This document shows, in pieces, positions 9,507-18,909 of a stretch of 64,000 nt of DNA (position 1 is its first letter; each line of letters begins with the position of its first letter). The stretch comes from Candidatus Multivoradales bacterium (GTDB lineage Bacteria; Acidobacteriota; Thermoanaerobaculia; Multivoradales; Multivoraceae). A program made the translations under genes and the position numbers. The stretch lies in NCBI GenBank assembly GCA_965223325.1, contig CBDCWI010000002.1:128001-192000 (forward strand), given 5' to 3'. The notes under the pieces are model-generated. The model was not told the origin of the DNA. It worked only from the letters and a program-made list of their open reading frames with translations, and ran no database searches.

Positions 9507-10412
9507 ATGAACAATTCGGAGCAGGTCAACGCCGCGGAGGCGAAGGCCGAAGACGCGGAGGCGACGAACACGGGGGCGCTCGAACGAGGTGCGGGTCTTC
9601 CGGCGCATCATCGCCGCTGGCTGGAGAAACGCGGCAGCTCCCTGCTGCCGGCTTCGTGGCGGGTGGAGCTGCCGGTGTTTCAAGGTCCGCTCGATCTTCT
9701 TCTGCACCTGATTCGCATCAACGAAGTCGAGATCGTCGACATCCCGGTCGCCCTGATCTGCGACCAGTACCACGAGTACCTGGGCCTCATGGAGGATCTC
9801 GATCTCGATATCGCCGGGGAGTACATCTACGAGGCTGCGGTCCTCATCCAGCTCAAGTCGCGCATGCTGCTGCCAAAGCAGCGTGACGAAGAGGGGCAGC
9901 TTCTCGAAGACGATCCGCGCGACGACCTGGTGCGTCGTCTGCTCGAGTACCGCCGCCTGAAGGAAGCAGCACAAACGCTGGCCGAGGTCGACTCGGTGCG
10001 CGGCGGCCTGTGGACGCGGGAGAAGGTCGAGATCGAGCCGGACCCGGAGGAACAGGGCAAGGTGGACCTCGACCAGGTGTCGCTCTTCGACCTGCTCAAG
10101 GCGCTCAACACGGTTCTCGAGCGCTACGATTCAGAACATCCCGATCCACTCGTCTTCCAGGGTGAGGTGTTCTCGGTGCGTGACCAGATCGACTACCTTT
10201 TGAACCGCTTGAACCCTGGGCGGCCGCTTGACCTGGTCGACGAGCTGCTCGGCATGTCGGGGCGCTCCGAAGCCATCGCGACCTTTCTAGCGGTCCTCGA
10301 GTTGGCGAGACTGAACCTGGTGCGACTGCACCAGACGGCGAGTCGCGAGATCCTCCTGTACCGCACGACCCGCGAGGCGGTCTCGCACGAGTTGGAGACC
10401 ATCGCAGGATGA
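9507..10412 (+). CDS. scpA: Segregation and condensation protein A
   Basis: FQGPLDLLLHLI, LIQLKSRMLLP, TFLAVLEL. GGAAGG upstream of ATG 9507 (alternative start 9492). Confidence 0.95.
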   Translation: MNNSEQVNAAEAKAEDAEATNTGALERGAGLPAHHRRWLEKRGSSLLPASWRVELPVFQGPLDLLLHLIRINEVEIVDIPVALICDQYHEYLGLMEDLDLDIAGEYIYEAAVLIQLKSRMLLPKQRDEEGQLLEDDPRDDLVRRLLEYRRLKEAAQTLAEVDSVRGGLWTREKVEIEPDPEEQGKVDLDQVSLFDLLKALNTVLERYDSEHPDPLVFQGEVFSVRDQIDYLLNRLNPGRPLDLVDELLGMSGRSEAIATFLAVLELARLNLVRLHQTASREILLYRTTREAVSHELETIAG

Positions 10413-11128
10413 CGAGTCGCAACGAGATCCGCGCGGCACTCGAGGCGGTGTTGTTTGTTTCTTCAGAGCCCGTGCCTCGCGAACGTTTGCTGAGCCTTTT
10501 TGCCGAGCGCGAACGGGTGGTCGCAGAAGAGATTCTCGCCGAGCTCTGCGCGGAGTACACCCGCGATCCAGAAGACGACGACCCGCGCTCGGGAATCCAA
10601 GCCGACGAAGTGGCAGGTGGGGTTCGTCTGGTGACTCGGCCCGAACTCAACTCCTATCTCCGGCGCTACTACGAGGTCACCGGGCGTACCCGCCTGTCGA
10701 TGGCGGCCATCGAAACGCTGGCCATCGTCGCCTATCGCCAGCCGGTGACCGGGCCCGAGATTCAGGAGTTGCGTGGCAAGAGCTCCGGAGGCGTCCTCAA
10801 CACGCTGCTCGAGAAACGGCTCATACGGATCACCGGGCGGCGTGAAGTCGTCGGTAAGCCCTTCGAGTACGCGACCACCCGGGACTTCTTGATGCACTTC
10901 GGGCTCAAGAGCCTCAAAGATCTGCCTCCGCTCGAAGAGTTCGAGGAGGCGTTGATGGCCGACGCCGAGGCCGCCGAGATCCTCGAGCCAGAACCCCTCG
11001 AGCCAGCGCCTCCCGAGCCCGAGATCGCCAGCCACCGAGCGGAGGAGGACGAGCCAGCCAGAGCCTCAGGAGAGCAGGACGAGGCGCTGGTCGGAGCGGC
11101 CGCTCAGGCGGCGGTCGACGATGGCTGA
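10409..11128 (+). CDS. scpB: SMC-Scp complex subunit ScpB
   Basis: LEAVLFVS, LSMAAIETLAIVAYRQPVT, FLMHFGLKSLKDLP. ATGA overlap with scpA. Confidence 0.96.
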   Translation: MTSRNEIRAALEAVLFVSSEPVPRERLLSLFAERERVVAEEILAELCAEYTRDPEDDDPRSGIQADEVAGGVRLVTRPELNSYLRRYYEVTGRTRLSMAAIETLAIVAYRQPVTGPEIQELRGKSSGGVLNTLLEKRLIRITGRREVVGKPFEYATTRDFLMHFGLKSLKDLPPLEEFEEALMADAEAAEILEPEPLEPAPPEPEIASHRAEEDEPARASGEQDEALVGAAAQAAVDDG

Positions 11129-12152
11129 GGGCTTCCCGGTGCGCAGTGGCGAGCGCGTGCAGAAGATCATTGCCCGCTCTGGAGCCGCATCGAGACGCGG
11201 CGCCGAAGACATGATTCGTGCCGGCCGAGTAACGATCAACGGGCGCATTGCCGAGCTGGGTGACCGCGCCGATCCGGCGGTTGACTACGTCAAACTCGAC
11301 GGGCGGCCGGTCGCCAGGCCCGTGCAGCGGCGCTATATCCTCTTGAACAAACCGGTTGGCGTTCTAACGACCGTGGCCGATCCGGAAGATCGGGAAACCG
11401 TGATCGACCTGCTCCCGCGGCGCCTGCAGAAGGGGCTCTTCCCGGTCGGCCGTCTGGACCATGACAGCGAAGGCTTGATCCTTCTGACGACGGACGGCGA
11501 CTTCGCGCACAAAGTGGCCCATCCGCGCCACGGCTGCATCAAGACCTACGAAGTGAAAGTGCGTGGTGTTCCCGAAGTAGACGTTCTGGTGCGGCTCGAG
11601 GAGGGGCTCCGCCACCGAGGGCGCCGCTTTCGCCCATGCCGAGTCAAGCCTCATCGGGTCAAAGGGGCACGTCGTCAGCACGCCAACTCCTGGTGGCTGG
11701 TGCAGCTCCAGGAAGGTCGCAACCGCCAGATTCGCGACATGTTTCAGGCCGTCGGTCATCCGGTGCAACGACTGCGGCGGGTCGGTATTGGTTCGCTGCG
11801 CGATCCCCGTCTACGTCCCGGAACCTTCCGGGCGCTCGAGCCCGGCGAGATCGAGGCCCTGGTCGAAGCCGAGCGTCGCGGATTGCCGCCGCGGACCGCC
11901 CGTCCGCCAGCAGGCCGCCGGGCCCGCAAGTCCAGTCGCGCGCCGGCGAGCAAGAAGAAGAAGGGCGCCGCCGGGGGCGAGAAGAGTGCGGGGCGCCTGA
12001 AGAAGGGGCGTCCTGAGAAGGTGGGCAAAAAGACTGTCGGTAAGAGAGTTTCCGGCGGGAAAGGCATCGGCAAGAGACAGGCCAGCAAGAAGACCAGGCG
12101 ATCCGGCAGCCGACGGTCGGACAGCAACCGTTCGCCAAGAAGGAAGAGCTAG
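11121..12152 (+). CDS. rluB: rRNA pseudouridine synthase (RluB/RsuA family) with S4 domain and basic tail
   Basis: RVQKIIARSGAASRR, GRLDHDSEGL, EGRNRQIR. Conserved position after scpAB. Confidence 0.9.
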   Translation: MAEGFPVRSGERVQKIIARSGAASRRGAEDMIRAGRVTINGRIAELGDRADPAVDYVKLDGRPVARPVQRRYILLNKPVGVLTTVADPEDRETVIDLLPRRLQKGLFPVGRLDHDSEGLILLTTDGDFAHKVAHPRHGCIKTYEVKVRGVPEVDVLVRLEEGLRHRGRRFRPCRVKPHRVKGARRQHANSWWLVQLQEGRNRQIRDMFQAVGHPVQRLRRVGIGSLRDPRLRPGTFRALEPGEIEALVEAERRGLPPRTARPPAGRRARKSSRAPASKKKKGAAGGEKSAGRLKKGRPEKVGKKTVGKRVSGGKGIGKRQASKKTRRSGSRRSDSNRSPRRKS

Positions 12153-12826
12153 TGCGACTGATCGTGGCGATTGACGGGCCGTCCGGAGTGGGCAAGAGCA
12201 CCACCGCCCGGCGTCTGGCGAAAGCCTTGGGAGTGCCGTATCTCGATACAGGTGCGATGTATCGAGCCGTGGGCTACCTGGCACTTCGCGCCGCGGCCGA
12301 TCCGGACGACGAGGCCGGACTGCTCGAGTTGCTCGATCGTCACCCAATCGGGCTCGAGCGCGACGCGGGAGGCTCAGTGGTGTTGCTCGAAGGCGCGCGA
12401 CTGGGCGATGAGATCAGGACCCCCGAAGTGTCGGCGGTGACCTCTCGGGTCTCGGTCCATTCCGCGATTCGCGACCTCATGGTGCAGCTCCAGCGCTCCT
12501 TCGCCGAACGCCACGGCGGAGTGATCGAGGGCCGCGACATCGGGAGCGTTGTGTTTCCCGACGCCGCCTACAAGTTTTTCCTCGACGCTGAACCGTTGGT
12601 GCGGGCCAGGCGGCGCCAGGAGCAGCTCGCGGCCAAGGGCCGACAGGTCTCGCTGCCGCAAATCGAGGAAGAGATCAGCGAGCGCGATGCTCGGGATCGC
12701 AGTCGTACGAACTCTCCGCTGCGCTACGACGAGACCTACACCCTGGTCGACACCTCGGCCTATGAGCCCGACGAAGTTCTGCAACTGTTGCTAGAGCACA
12801 TCGGGAACGAGCGCCCCAATCGATAG
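12152..12826 (+). CDS. cmk: Cytidylate kinase
   Basis: AIDGPSGVGKST, LDTGAMYRA, EGRDIGSVVFPDA. Confidence 0.97.
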   Translation: MRLIVAIDGPSGVGKSTTARRLAKALGVPYLDTGAMYRAVGYLALRAAADPDDEAGLLELLDRHPIGLERDAGGSVVLLEGARLGDEIRTPEVSAVTSRVSVHSAIRDLMVQLQRSFAERHGGVIEGRDIGSVVFPDAAYKFFLDAEPLVRARRRQEQLAAKGRQVSLPQIEEEISERDARDRSRTNSPLRYDETYTLVDTSAYEPDEVLQLLLEHIGNERPNR

Positions 12827-12838
12827 CATCAACCCCCC

Positions 12839-14644
12839 ATGCTGCGTTTGATCGCCTACGCCCCCGACGGGGTCCGCCGCTTCGCGATTCCCGGCGCCGA
12901 GTGTTTCCTCGGCTCCGAACCGGGCTGCGAGATTTTTCTTCCCTACACCGGCGTTGCCAGGCGCCATGCCCGTATCCGACGTGACGGCGAAGCGTTGCAC
13001 ATCGAAGACCTGGGCTCCCGCCGCGGCATGCTGGTCAATGGCAACCGCGTTCGCGAGAGCGAGCTCGAAGTGCTCGACGAGGTGCGCCTGGGCTCGATCA
13101 CCCTGTTGCTCGAGGATACGAAAGCCGAATCAGCCGCGCCGGCCGCTCGCGGGGCGGGAGAGACAGCGCCCGGCGAACCGGTCATGGATGCCCAGACTCT
13201 GACGGAGCACCTCGCCGCGGTCACCGACTGGGTGTTGGCCGACACCGAGAGTCGATCGACGCTCGAGTCGGTCGTTAGACGGGCGCTGGTCGACTTTGGC
13301 GGCGGCGCGGTCTACCTGCTCCAGGGCGACGACGACGAGGCCGGAGTCAAGTTTCTCGTCGCCACCGATTCTGCCTGGCTGGTCGAGGCGAGCAGCGTGC
13401 TGGACCAGGTCACCTTCGACCGCGACCGCGAGGCGCGCGAGAAGGGTTCCTTCGAGGGCGAACTCGCGGGAGAGCGCGCATGGGTTTTCTACCGTTCCCT
13501 GGTGGCCCTCGACCGGCCGTACATTCTGATGGTGGTGCTGCCCGAGTTCGCAGTCAACGACGAGTGGTCGCCGGTTGCCGGCTTGGGCGCCCTCGGCGAC
13601 CTTCTGATTCTCGGCCTGGTTCACCACGTCGGGCGCTACGAGCCCATTCTCCCTGGCAGCGGCGGCAGCCAGGATCTCATCTTCGCGCCCGGCTTCGTCG
13701 TCGGCGAGTCCGAGGCCATGCAGTCGGTGGTGGATGCGATGCGCTCGCTGGCCGATCCCAGCACCCACGTGCTGCTCTCTGGCGAGCCCGGGGTGGGCCG
13801 CGAGTTGATCGCCCGCTCGCTCCACCTTTCCGGTCCGCATCGGCATGGCCCGTTTCTCGTCGCCAGTTGCAGTGGTGCGAAGCTGTTCCAGATCGAGGCC
13901 GATCTCTTCGGCGCCGAGATTGCGGGCAAGGACGGGCCTGTGCGCCGCGAGGCGAAGCTGGTGCTCGCCGACGGCGGAACGCTCTTCTTGGAAGACGTCG
14001 ACCTCCTGCCGCTCGAGCTGCAGTCGCGCTTGATCCGTTTTCTACGCACCGGCGCGGTCGAGGCACCGGGCGGGGGAGATCCCACCGAAAGCAGCGTGCG
14101 GTTCATTGCAACAGCCAGCGAGCGGCTCGAAGAGCTGGTGGCACGCGATCGTTTTCGGGTCGATCTCGCCTACCGGCTCTCGCAGTTCGTGATCGATGTT
14201 CCCCCACTGCGCGAACGTCGCGAGGACATGCCGCTCCTCATTCAGTCCTTCGTCAACCGCTTCTGCCATGAATCAGGCAAGCGTGTCCAGGGCATCACCA
14301 CCAAGGCAATCAGTGCGCTGATGGCGCATCCATTCCCCGGCAATCTTCCCGAGCTCGAAGGCATCGTTCGCCAGATGGTCTTCCTGGCACCGAACGGTCA
14401 GCCGATGGATGCCAACCTGCTGCCCGAGGATGTGCGACGCTCTCATCTCCACGTCGACAGCCGCGTCGATAGCACGACACCGGACCTCGAGCTCGAACCG
14501 TTGGTGGCCCGTACCGAAGAGCGCGCACTTCGCGAGGCACTGAGGAGGAGTCGCGGAAACAAGTCACACGCCGCGCGTCTGCTCGGCCTGTCGCGCAACG
14601 GCCTGTCGCTCAAGATGGAGCGCTACGGCATCGAGACGCCATGA
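12839..14644 (+). CDS. FHA domain + degenerate sigma54-activator-type AAA+ domain + Fis-type HTH
   Basis: FHA-like ARRHARI..EDLGSRRGMLVNG. AAA+ GEPGVGRE, DGGTLFLEDV, FRVDLAYRL, FPGNLPEL. HTH GNKSHAARLLGLSRNGL. Confidence 0.9.
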   Translation: MLRLIAYAPDGVRRFAIPGAECFLGSEPGCEIFLPYTGVARRHARIRRDGEALHIEDLGSRRGMLVNGNRVRESELEVLDEVRLGSITLLLEDTKAESAAPAARGAGETAPGEPVMDAQTLTEHLAAVTDWVLADTESRSTLESVVRRALVDFGGGAVYLLQGDDDEAGVKFLVATDSAWLVEASSVLDQVTFDRDREAREKGSFEGELAGERAWVFYRSLVALDRPYILMVVLPEFAVNDEWSPVAGLGALGDLLILGLVHHVGRYEPILPGSGGSQDLIFAPGFVVGESEAMQSVVDAMRSLADPSTHVLLSGEPGVGRELIARSLHLSGPHRHGPFLVASCSGAKLFQIEADLFGAEIAGKDGPVRREAKLVLADGGTLFLEDVDLLPLELQSRLIRFLRTGAVEAPGGGDPTESSVRFIATASERLEELVARDRFRVDLAYRLSQFVIDVPPLRERREDMPLLIQSFVNRFCHESGKRVQGITTKAISALMAHPFPGNLPELEGIVRQMVFLAPNGQPMDANLLPEDVRRSHLHVDSRVDSTTPDLELEPLVARTEERALREALRRSRGNKSHAARLLGLSRNGLSLKMERYGIETP

Positions 14645-14675
14645 CGCGACCAGGGACCCGGCGCCGGAGAAGAGT

Positions 14676-17600
14676 TTGAAGGCTCGCTTGCCGGCGGACG
14701 GGCTGCTGCTCTTGATGCTCGGAGCGACGGCCTTGTCATCGCCTGTCGCCGCCAGCCTGGCGCTGCTGGCTCTGTTCGGCCTCTGGTGGGGACTGGCGAG
14801 GCCAGAGAAGCGGGCTCTGGTGCCGGTGCTCGTGGCAGTGCTGCTCGCTGTGGTGTGGGGCCTGGTTGGTGCGTGGTCGCAGAGGCAGGAGGCGACTGGT
14901 GATCTCGCAAGGATCGAAGCCGATTATCAGGAGATGGTCAAAGCGCTCCGCCGGGAAGCTGACAACGTGGCTCTCGAGGTCGAGCAATGGAGCCGGGGCC
15001 AGGATCCACCCGGGCCCGATGCACCGACCCCCACGAGACTCGCGGCGTTTCGCGAGCTCGAACGTCAACAGCGCCTGCTCGCACCGACCAGCACGCTGCT
15101 CTGGGTCGATGAAGGCGGAGAGGTCTGGGTCTGGGCGGGGCAGGGCCTCCGACACGATCTGCCCAGCCCGCTGCCCACCGGTCCCGAGATCGGCGCCGTT
15201 TCGAGCTTCACCGCAGTGACGTTCTTGGCGGCGGCGCCGCTCGGCTCGACGGGGACTGCGCAGACGCTGGTGATTGGACGCAGTTTCCCTACCGATCGGA
15301 TGACCTTCAGCGGCCGGCCGGGTCGCCTCGAGCGCCGGCGTTGGTCGGTCCGGCTCGACCCGGCGGACCCGCCGAGAGACGCACGAAGTTCCGCCGTCCA
15401 TCGGATTCGCGTCGATCGTGCGCCAACTCTCGAGGTCCTGCTCACTGACCCGGCAGCGCCGCCGCCCGGAACGCGCGCACGGCGCTGGCCGCTGGCGTTT
15501 GTCAGCCTGGGGATGATTCTTCTGGCTGCCACCCGTTTGACGCACGATGGTCTGCTCGCTCTAGGGGAGAACTCGAGCAGTCTCGCCGCCAGCTTCTGGA
15601 GCGCCAGTACCGGCGTTGTCGGGAGCTGTGCGCTGGTATGGGCCCTCGGTGTCGACTGGCGAGCGGTCGGCTTTCTCGGTGTTGCAATGACGCTTCTCGT
15701 TCTAGGTGTGCTGGTGCCAACACGCCTGGCTGCCGGACCGCCGGTCTGGCTGGCCACCGGAGCCACGGTTGCGGCGGTCACCTCCGGGCTGTGGGTGGTC
15801 TGGCACCAGCTCGCCGAGAGCGAGGTTGTCGACCCGGCGTTCGGGGTCCTCGGCCTGGGGCACTCGCTTTTCGGCTCACCGCTCGCCATGACGCTCCGCA
15901 TCGCGACCTGGGCGTCGCTCGCCGGCGCCCTCTCGTTCCTCTCGTCCGGTCGCTCTACGCAGAGCGCTCGAAGGCTCGGACTGGTGGGTCCGGTCCTGGT
16001 GGTTGCGGTCCTGACCGTGGCGGCGGCGCTCTTGGGACGTCCCGTTCTGGCCTTCCTCGCGGCGCTGCTCGCTGCGCTCCTCCTCGCCGAGTGGTGGAGT
16101 CGCGGTCCCCGCTCGACGGCCCGCCAGCTGGTTCTCCTCCTGGTGTGTGCGCCGCTCGCCGCCTCCCTCTGGGAGGCGACCCACCGGCAAGCCCTCGAGT
16201 CGTGGGTCGAAACGCGCACCATCGATCAGTTCGCCAACGAAGATCCGGCGGCGGTCTCGCAACTCGACGACCAGATCCTGAGTTGGTTCGCGGGTTTCGA
16301 TCTCGAGCAGCTGGCGGTGGGAGATCCCGATCGGGTGACCGAACGTCAGGATGTTGCTCTGGCGATCTGGCAGGCCTCGCCCTTGCCGTACCGGGATGCT
16401 CTCAGTGCGGTCGTGGTTCTACCCAGCGATGGTGCACCGATCGCCTTTCGCTGGGGGCTTGAGATCGACGCCCGCACGATGGATCTGAACGAGGCGAGTC
16501 TGCCGGCGTGGACGATGAGTTTTCTCGAGGGCAGCACGGATCTGTTCGCGGAAGGTGAGATCTGGGGTGAGATTCGGTGGTGGGTGGTTCCGCGCCCCGG
16601 TCCCGGCAGGGCCGAACGCGCCCGGGCGCTTCCCCAAACCGGTCTGCTGCGCGGCGAAGCAAGCCTCGATCGGTTGGGCGGCCGCCTCGGTCCCGACCTG
16701 TCGGTGTCTTACCTCGATCCATTCGGTCGCCTGGTTGCCTCGACCCTCGCCACCAGTGCCGACCCTGCCGAGGGCGTTGGTCGCGACCGTTTGGGTCGAC
16801 CTGGTGACCGTCTGGTGACGCGCGAGATCGGAGCCAACGGCCAGGACGGTCTCTTGGTCCTGCGCCTGGCCGGCATCGGCGCACTCGCTGGCATCGAGCG
16901 GGTTGCGACCCACGTGGTTTCGACTCTCTTTGTGGCGGCGCTCGGCATACTCGCCATGGTTGTGGTCGTTGCCGTGCCTCTGCCAGCGTTTCGGAGTGCT
17001 TTGCGGCTCGAGATGAGTCGCTACTCGAACCGGTTGGTCATGGCATTCCTGGCCGTTCTCGTCGTGCCGCTCGTCTTGCTCGGCGCTCTCTTGATTCTCT
17101 CGCTGCGAGACAACGCTTCGCGGGCGCGCGAGGCAGCCGGTGCGGCGGCGCTCGAGAGTGCGCGCACGATCCTCAACGACTACCTCACCGAGCTCGAGCC
17201 TGGGCTGTCGATCGACAGCGCGCTCGACACCCCGCTCCTGGACTGGATCTCCGTCGTCGCCTCTCACGATGTCAACCTCTACTGGCAGGGTCAGCTGCAT
17301 CGTTCGAGCGAGCCTGACCTGTTCACAGCGGGTCTCTTGCCGCGGCGGATTCCGGGGGAGGTGTTCGCCGATCTGGCGCTCGCCGGTAGGCCGCTGGCAG
17401 TGCGTGAGCACCGAGAGCCCGACGCTCGCTACCTCGAGCTCTACGGTCCGGCGCTCCTTCCCGAGGAGCGCCCTGAAGACGCGCGGTTGTTCCTTTCGGT
17501 GCCACTTCTCACCCTGCAGGACGAGACGGCGGCGGCGCTCCAGGTACAGACCCGACGCCTGGTTGTGGTGACCACACTCCTCATGCTGGGGCTGTTTGCG

Positions 17601-18863
17601 GTGGCCTCGCGGCTCAGCCGCGGTTTTGCGCGCCCGTTGACCGAGATCGTGGCTGGCACCCGGCGGATCGCTGCCGGGGCTGTCTCACTCGAGCTCGACC
17701 CGCGCGAGCCAGAGCTGCAAGCTCTGGTCGAGGCAATTGACGAGATGGCCGACCGCATCGCTCTCGGCCGGCGCTCGCTCGAGCGCGAGAAGCAAGTCCT
17801 CGAGGGGGTGGTCGAGAACATCACCGCGGCGGTGGTATCCCTGGGCTCCGGCGAGCAGGTGATCATGCGCAACCGTGCCGCCAAGGCGCTGCTCTCGGTC
17901 GAGGTCGGGCAGACCCTCGAAGACGTGGCGGCGGCGGAGCACCTCGCTCCGCTCGCCCTTTCGCTGGCAGAGCGGCGGCGCGATCGACCGCTGCGAACGA
18001 CCGTTCGGCTGGCTTCGGACGAGGCGGAGCAGGGCACGGACGGAGAGAAAGAATGGAGCCTGGTCTGGCTGCCGGTCGAGGGGGCAGGTGACCCGGCGGC
18101 GCTCCTGGTTGTCGAGGACGTCAGTGAGGTACTGCGTGCCGAACGGCTCGAAGCCTGGGCTGAAATGGCCCGCTTGATTGCCCACGAGATCAAGAACCCG
18201 CTGACTCCGATTCGGCTCGCGACCGAACACCTGCAGCGGGTCTGGAGGCGTTCACCTGAGCAACTCGATTCGGTCTTCGAGCGTTGCACCGAGAACATCC
18301 TCGAGCAGGTCGAGGAGCTGCGCCGTACGGCCACCGAGTTCTCGACCTACAGTCGGATTCCCGAGGCCGAACGCCTGCACGCCGATCTGGCGCTCGTCGT
18401 TCGGTCGGTTGTCGAGCCGTATGTGACCTCGCGACCACCCGGTGTCGAAATCGCCATGGCGGGCGTCGACCAGCAGATTCCAGCGGCCATCGATCAACGA
18501 CTCATCGGTCGTGCCTTGCGCAACCTGGTCGAGAACGCCCTGCGGGCTTCGGGCGCCAGTGGCCGCGTCGACATCACACTCAGCGCGCGACATGGGCTCG
18601 CCTCATTGACCGTCGCCGACCGGGGCAGAGGCGTCCCGGTCGGCCAGCTCGAACGGATCTTCGACCCCTGGTTCTCGACGTCGAGCGGCGGCACTGGCCT
18701 CGGCCTGCCGATCACCCGTCGCGTCGCCGAGGCCCATGATGGGCGGGTCTACGCGCGCCATCGAGAGGGAGGCGGCCTCGAGGTGGTTCTCGAGCTGCCG
18801 ACCGAGCCGCCGATCGAGGGTGCGAACGACGCACCGAGTGCGCCACCCGGCGATGCCGGTTGA
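14676..18863 (+). CDS. Very large multi-TM sensor histidine kinase (NtrY-type H-box, HAMP, PAS-like, HATPase)
   Basis: AWAEMARLIAHEIKNPLTPI, NLVENA, DRGRG, FDPWFST, GGTGLGL. More than 10 hydrophobic segments. TTG start preceded by GGAG. Confidence 0.92.
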   Translation: MKARLPADGLLLLMLGATALSSPVAASLALLALFGLWWGLARPEKRALVPVLVAVLLAVVWGLVGAWSQRQEATGDLARIEADYQEMVKALRREADNVALEVEQWSRGQDPPGPDAPTPTRLAAFRELERQQRLLAPTSTLLWVDEGGEVWVWAGQGLRHDLPSPLPTGPEIGAVSSFTAVTFLAAAPLGSTGTAQTLVIGRSFPTDRMTFSGRPGRLERRRWSVRLDPADPPRDARSSAVHRIRVDRAPTLEVLLTDPAAPPPGTRARRWPLAFVSLGMILLAATRLTHDGLLALGENSSSLAASFWSASTGVVGSCALVWALGVDWRAVGFLGVAMTLLVLGVLVPTRLAAGPPVWLATGATVAAVTSGLWVVWHQLAESEVVDPAFGVLGLGHSLFGSPLAMTLRIATWASLAGALSFLSSGRSTQSARRLGLVGPVLVVAVLTVAAALLGRPVLAFLAALLAALLLAEWWSRGPRSTARQLVLLLVCAPLAASLWEATHRQALESWVETRTIDQFANEDPAAVSQLDDQILSWFAGFDLEQLAVGDPDRVTERQDVALAIWQASPLPYRDALSAVVVLPSDGAPIAFRWGLEIDARTMDLNEASLPAWTMSFLEGSTDLFAEGEIWGEIRWWVVPRPGPGRAERARALPQTGLLRGEASLDRLGGRLGPDLSVSYLDPFGRLVASTLATSADPAEGVGRDRLGRPGDRLVTREIGANGQDGLLVLRLAGIGALAGIERVATHVVSTLFVAALGILAMVVVVAVPLPAFRSALRLEMSRYSNRLVMAFLAVLVVPLVLLGALLILSLRDNASRAREAAGAAALESARTILNDYLTELEPGLSIDSALDTPLLDWISVVASHDVNLYWQGQLHRSSEPDLFTAGLLPRRIPGEVFADLALAGRPLAVREHREPDARYLELYGPALLPEERPEDARLFLSVPLLTLQDETAAALQVQTRRLVVVTTLLMLGLFAVASRLSRGFARPLTEIVAGTRRIAAGAVSLELDPREPELQALVEAIDEMADRIALGRRSLEREKQVLEGVVENITAAVVSLGSGEQVIMRNRAAKALLSVEVGQTLEDVAAAEHLAPLALSLAERRRDRPLRTTVRLASDEAEQGTDGEKEWSLVWLPVEGAGDPAALLVVEDVSEVLRAERLEAWAEMARLIAHEIKNPLTPIRLATEHLQRVWRRSPEQLDSVFERCTENILEQVEELRRTATEFSTYSRIPEAERLHADLALVVRSVVEPYVTSRPPGVEIAMAGVDQQIPAAIDQRLIGRALRNLVENALRASGASGRVDITLSARHGLASLTVADRGRGVPVGQLERIFDPWFSTSSGGTGLGLPITRRVAEAHDGRVYARHREGGGLEVVLELPTEPPIEGANDAPSAPPGDAG

Positions 18864-18909
18864 GGCCTCCTTCTCCCCTCGGTTCCTGCGATTCGCTAGG
18901 ATTCCGGCG

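Noticed and set aside
11880-12152. K/R-rich tail of RluB
   Set aside because: Basic disordered tails are common in this family.
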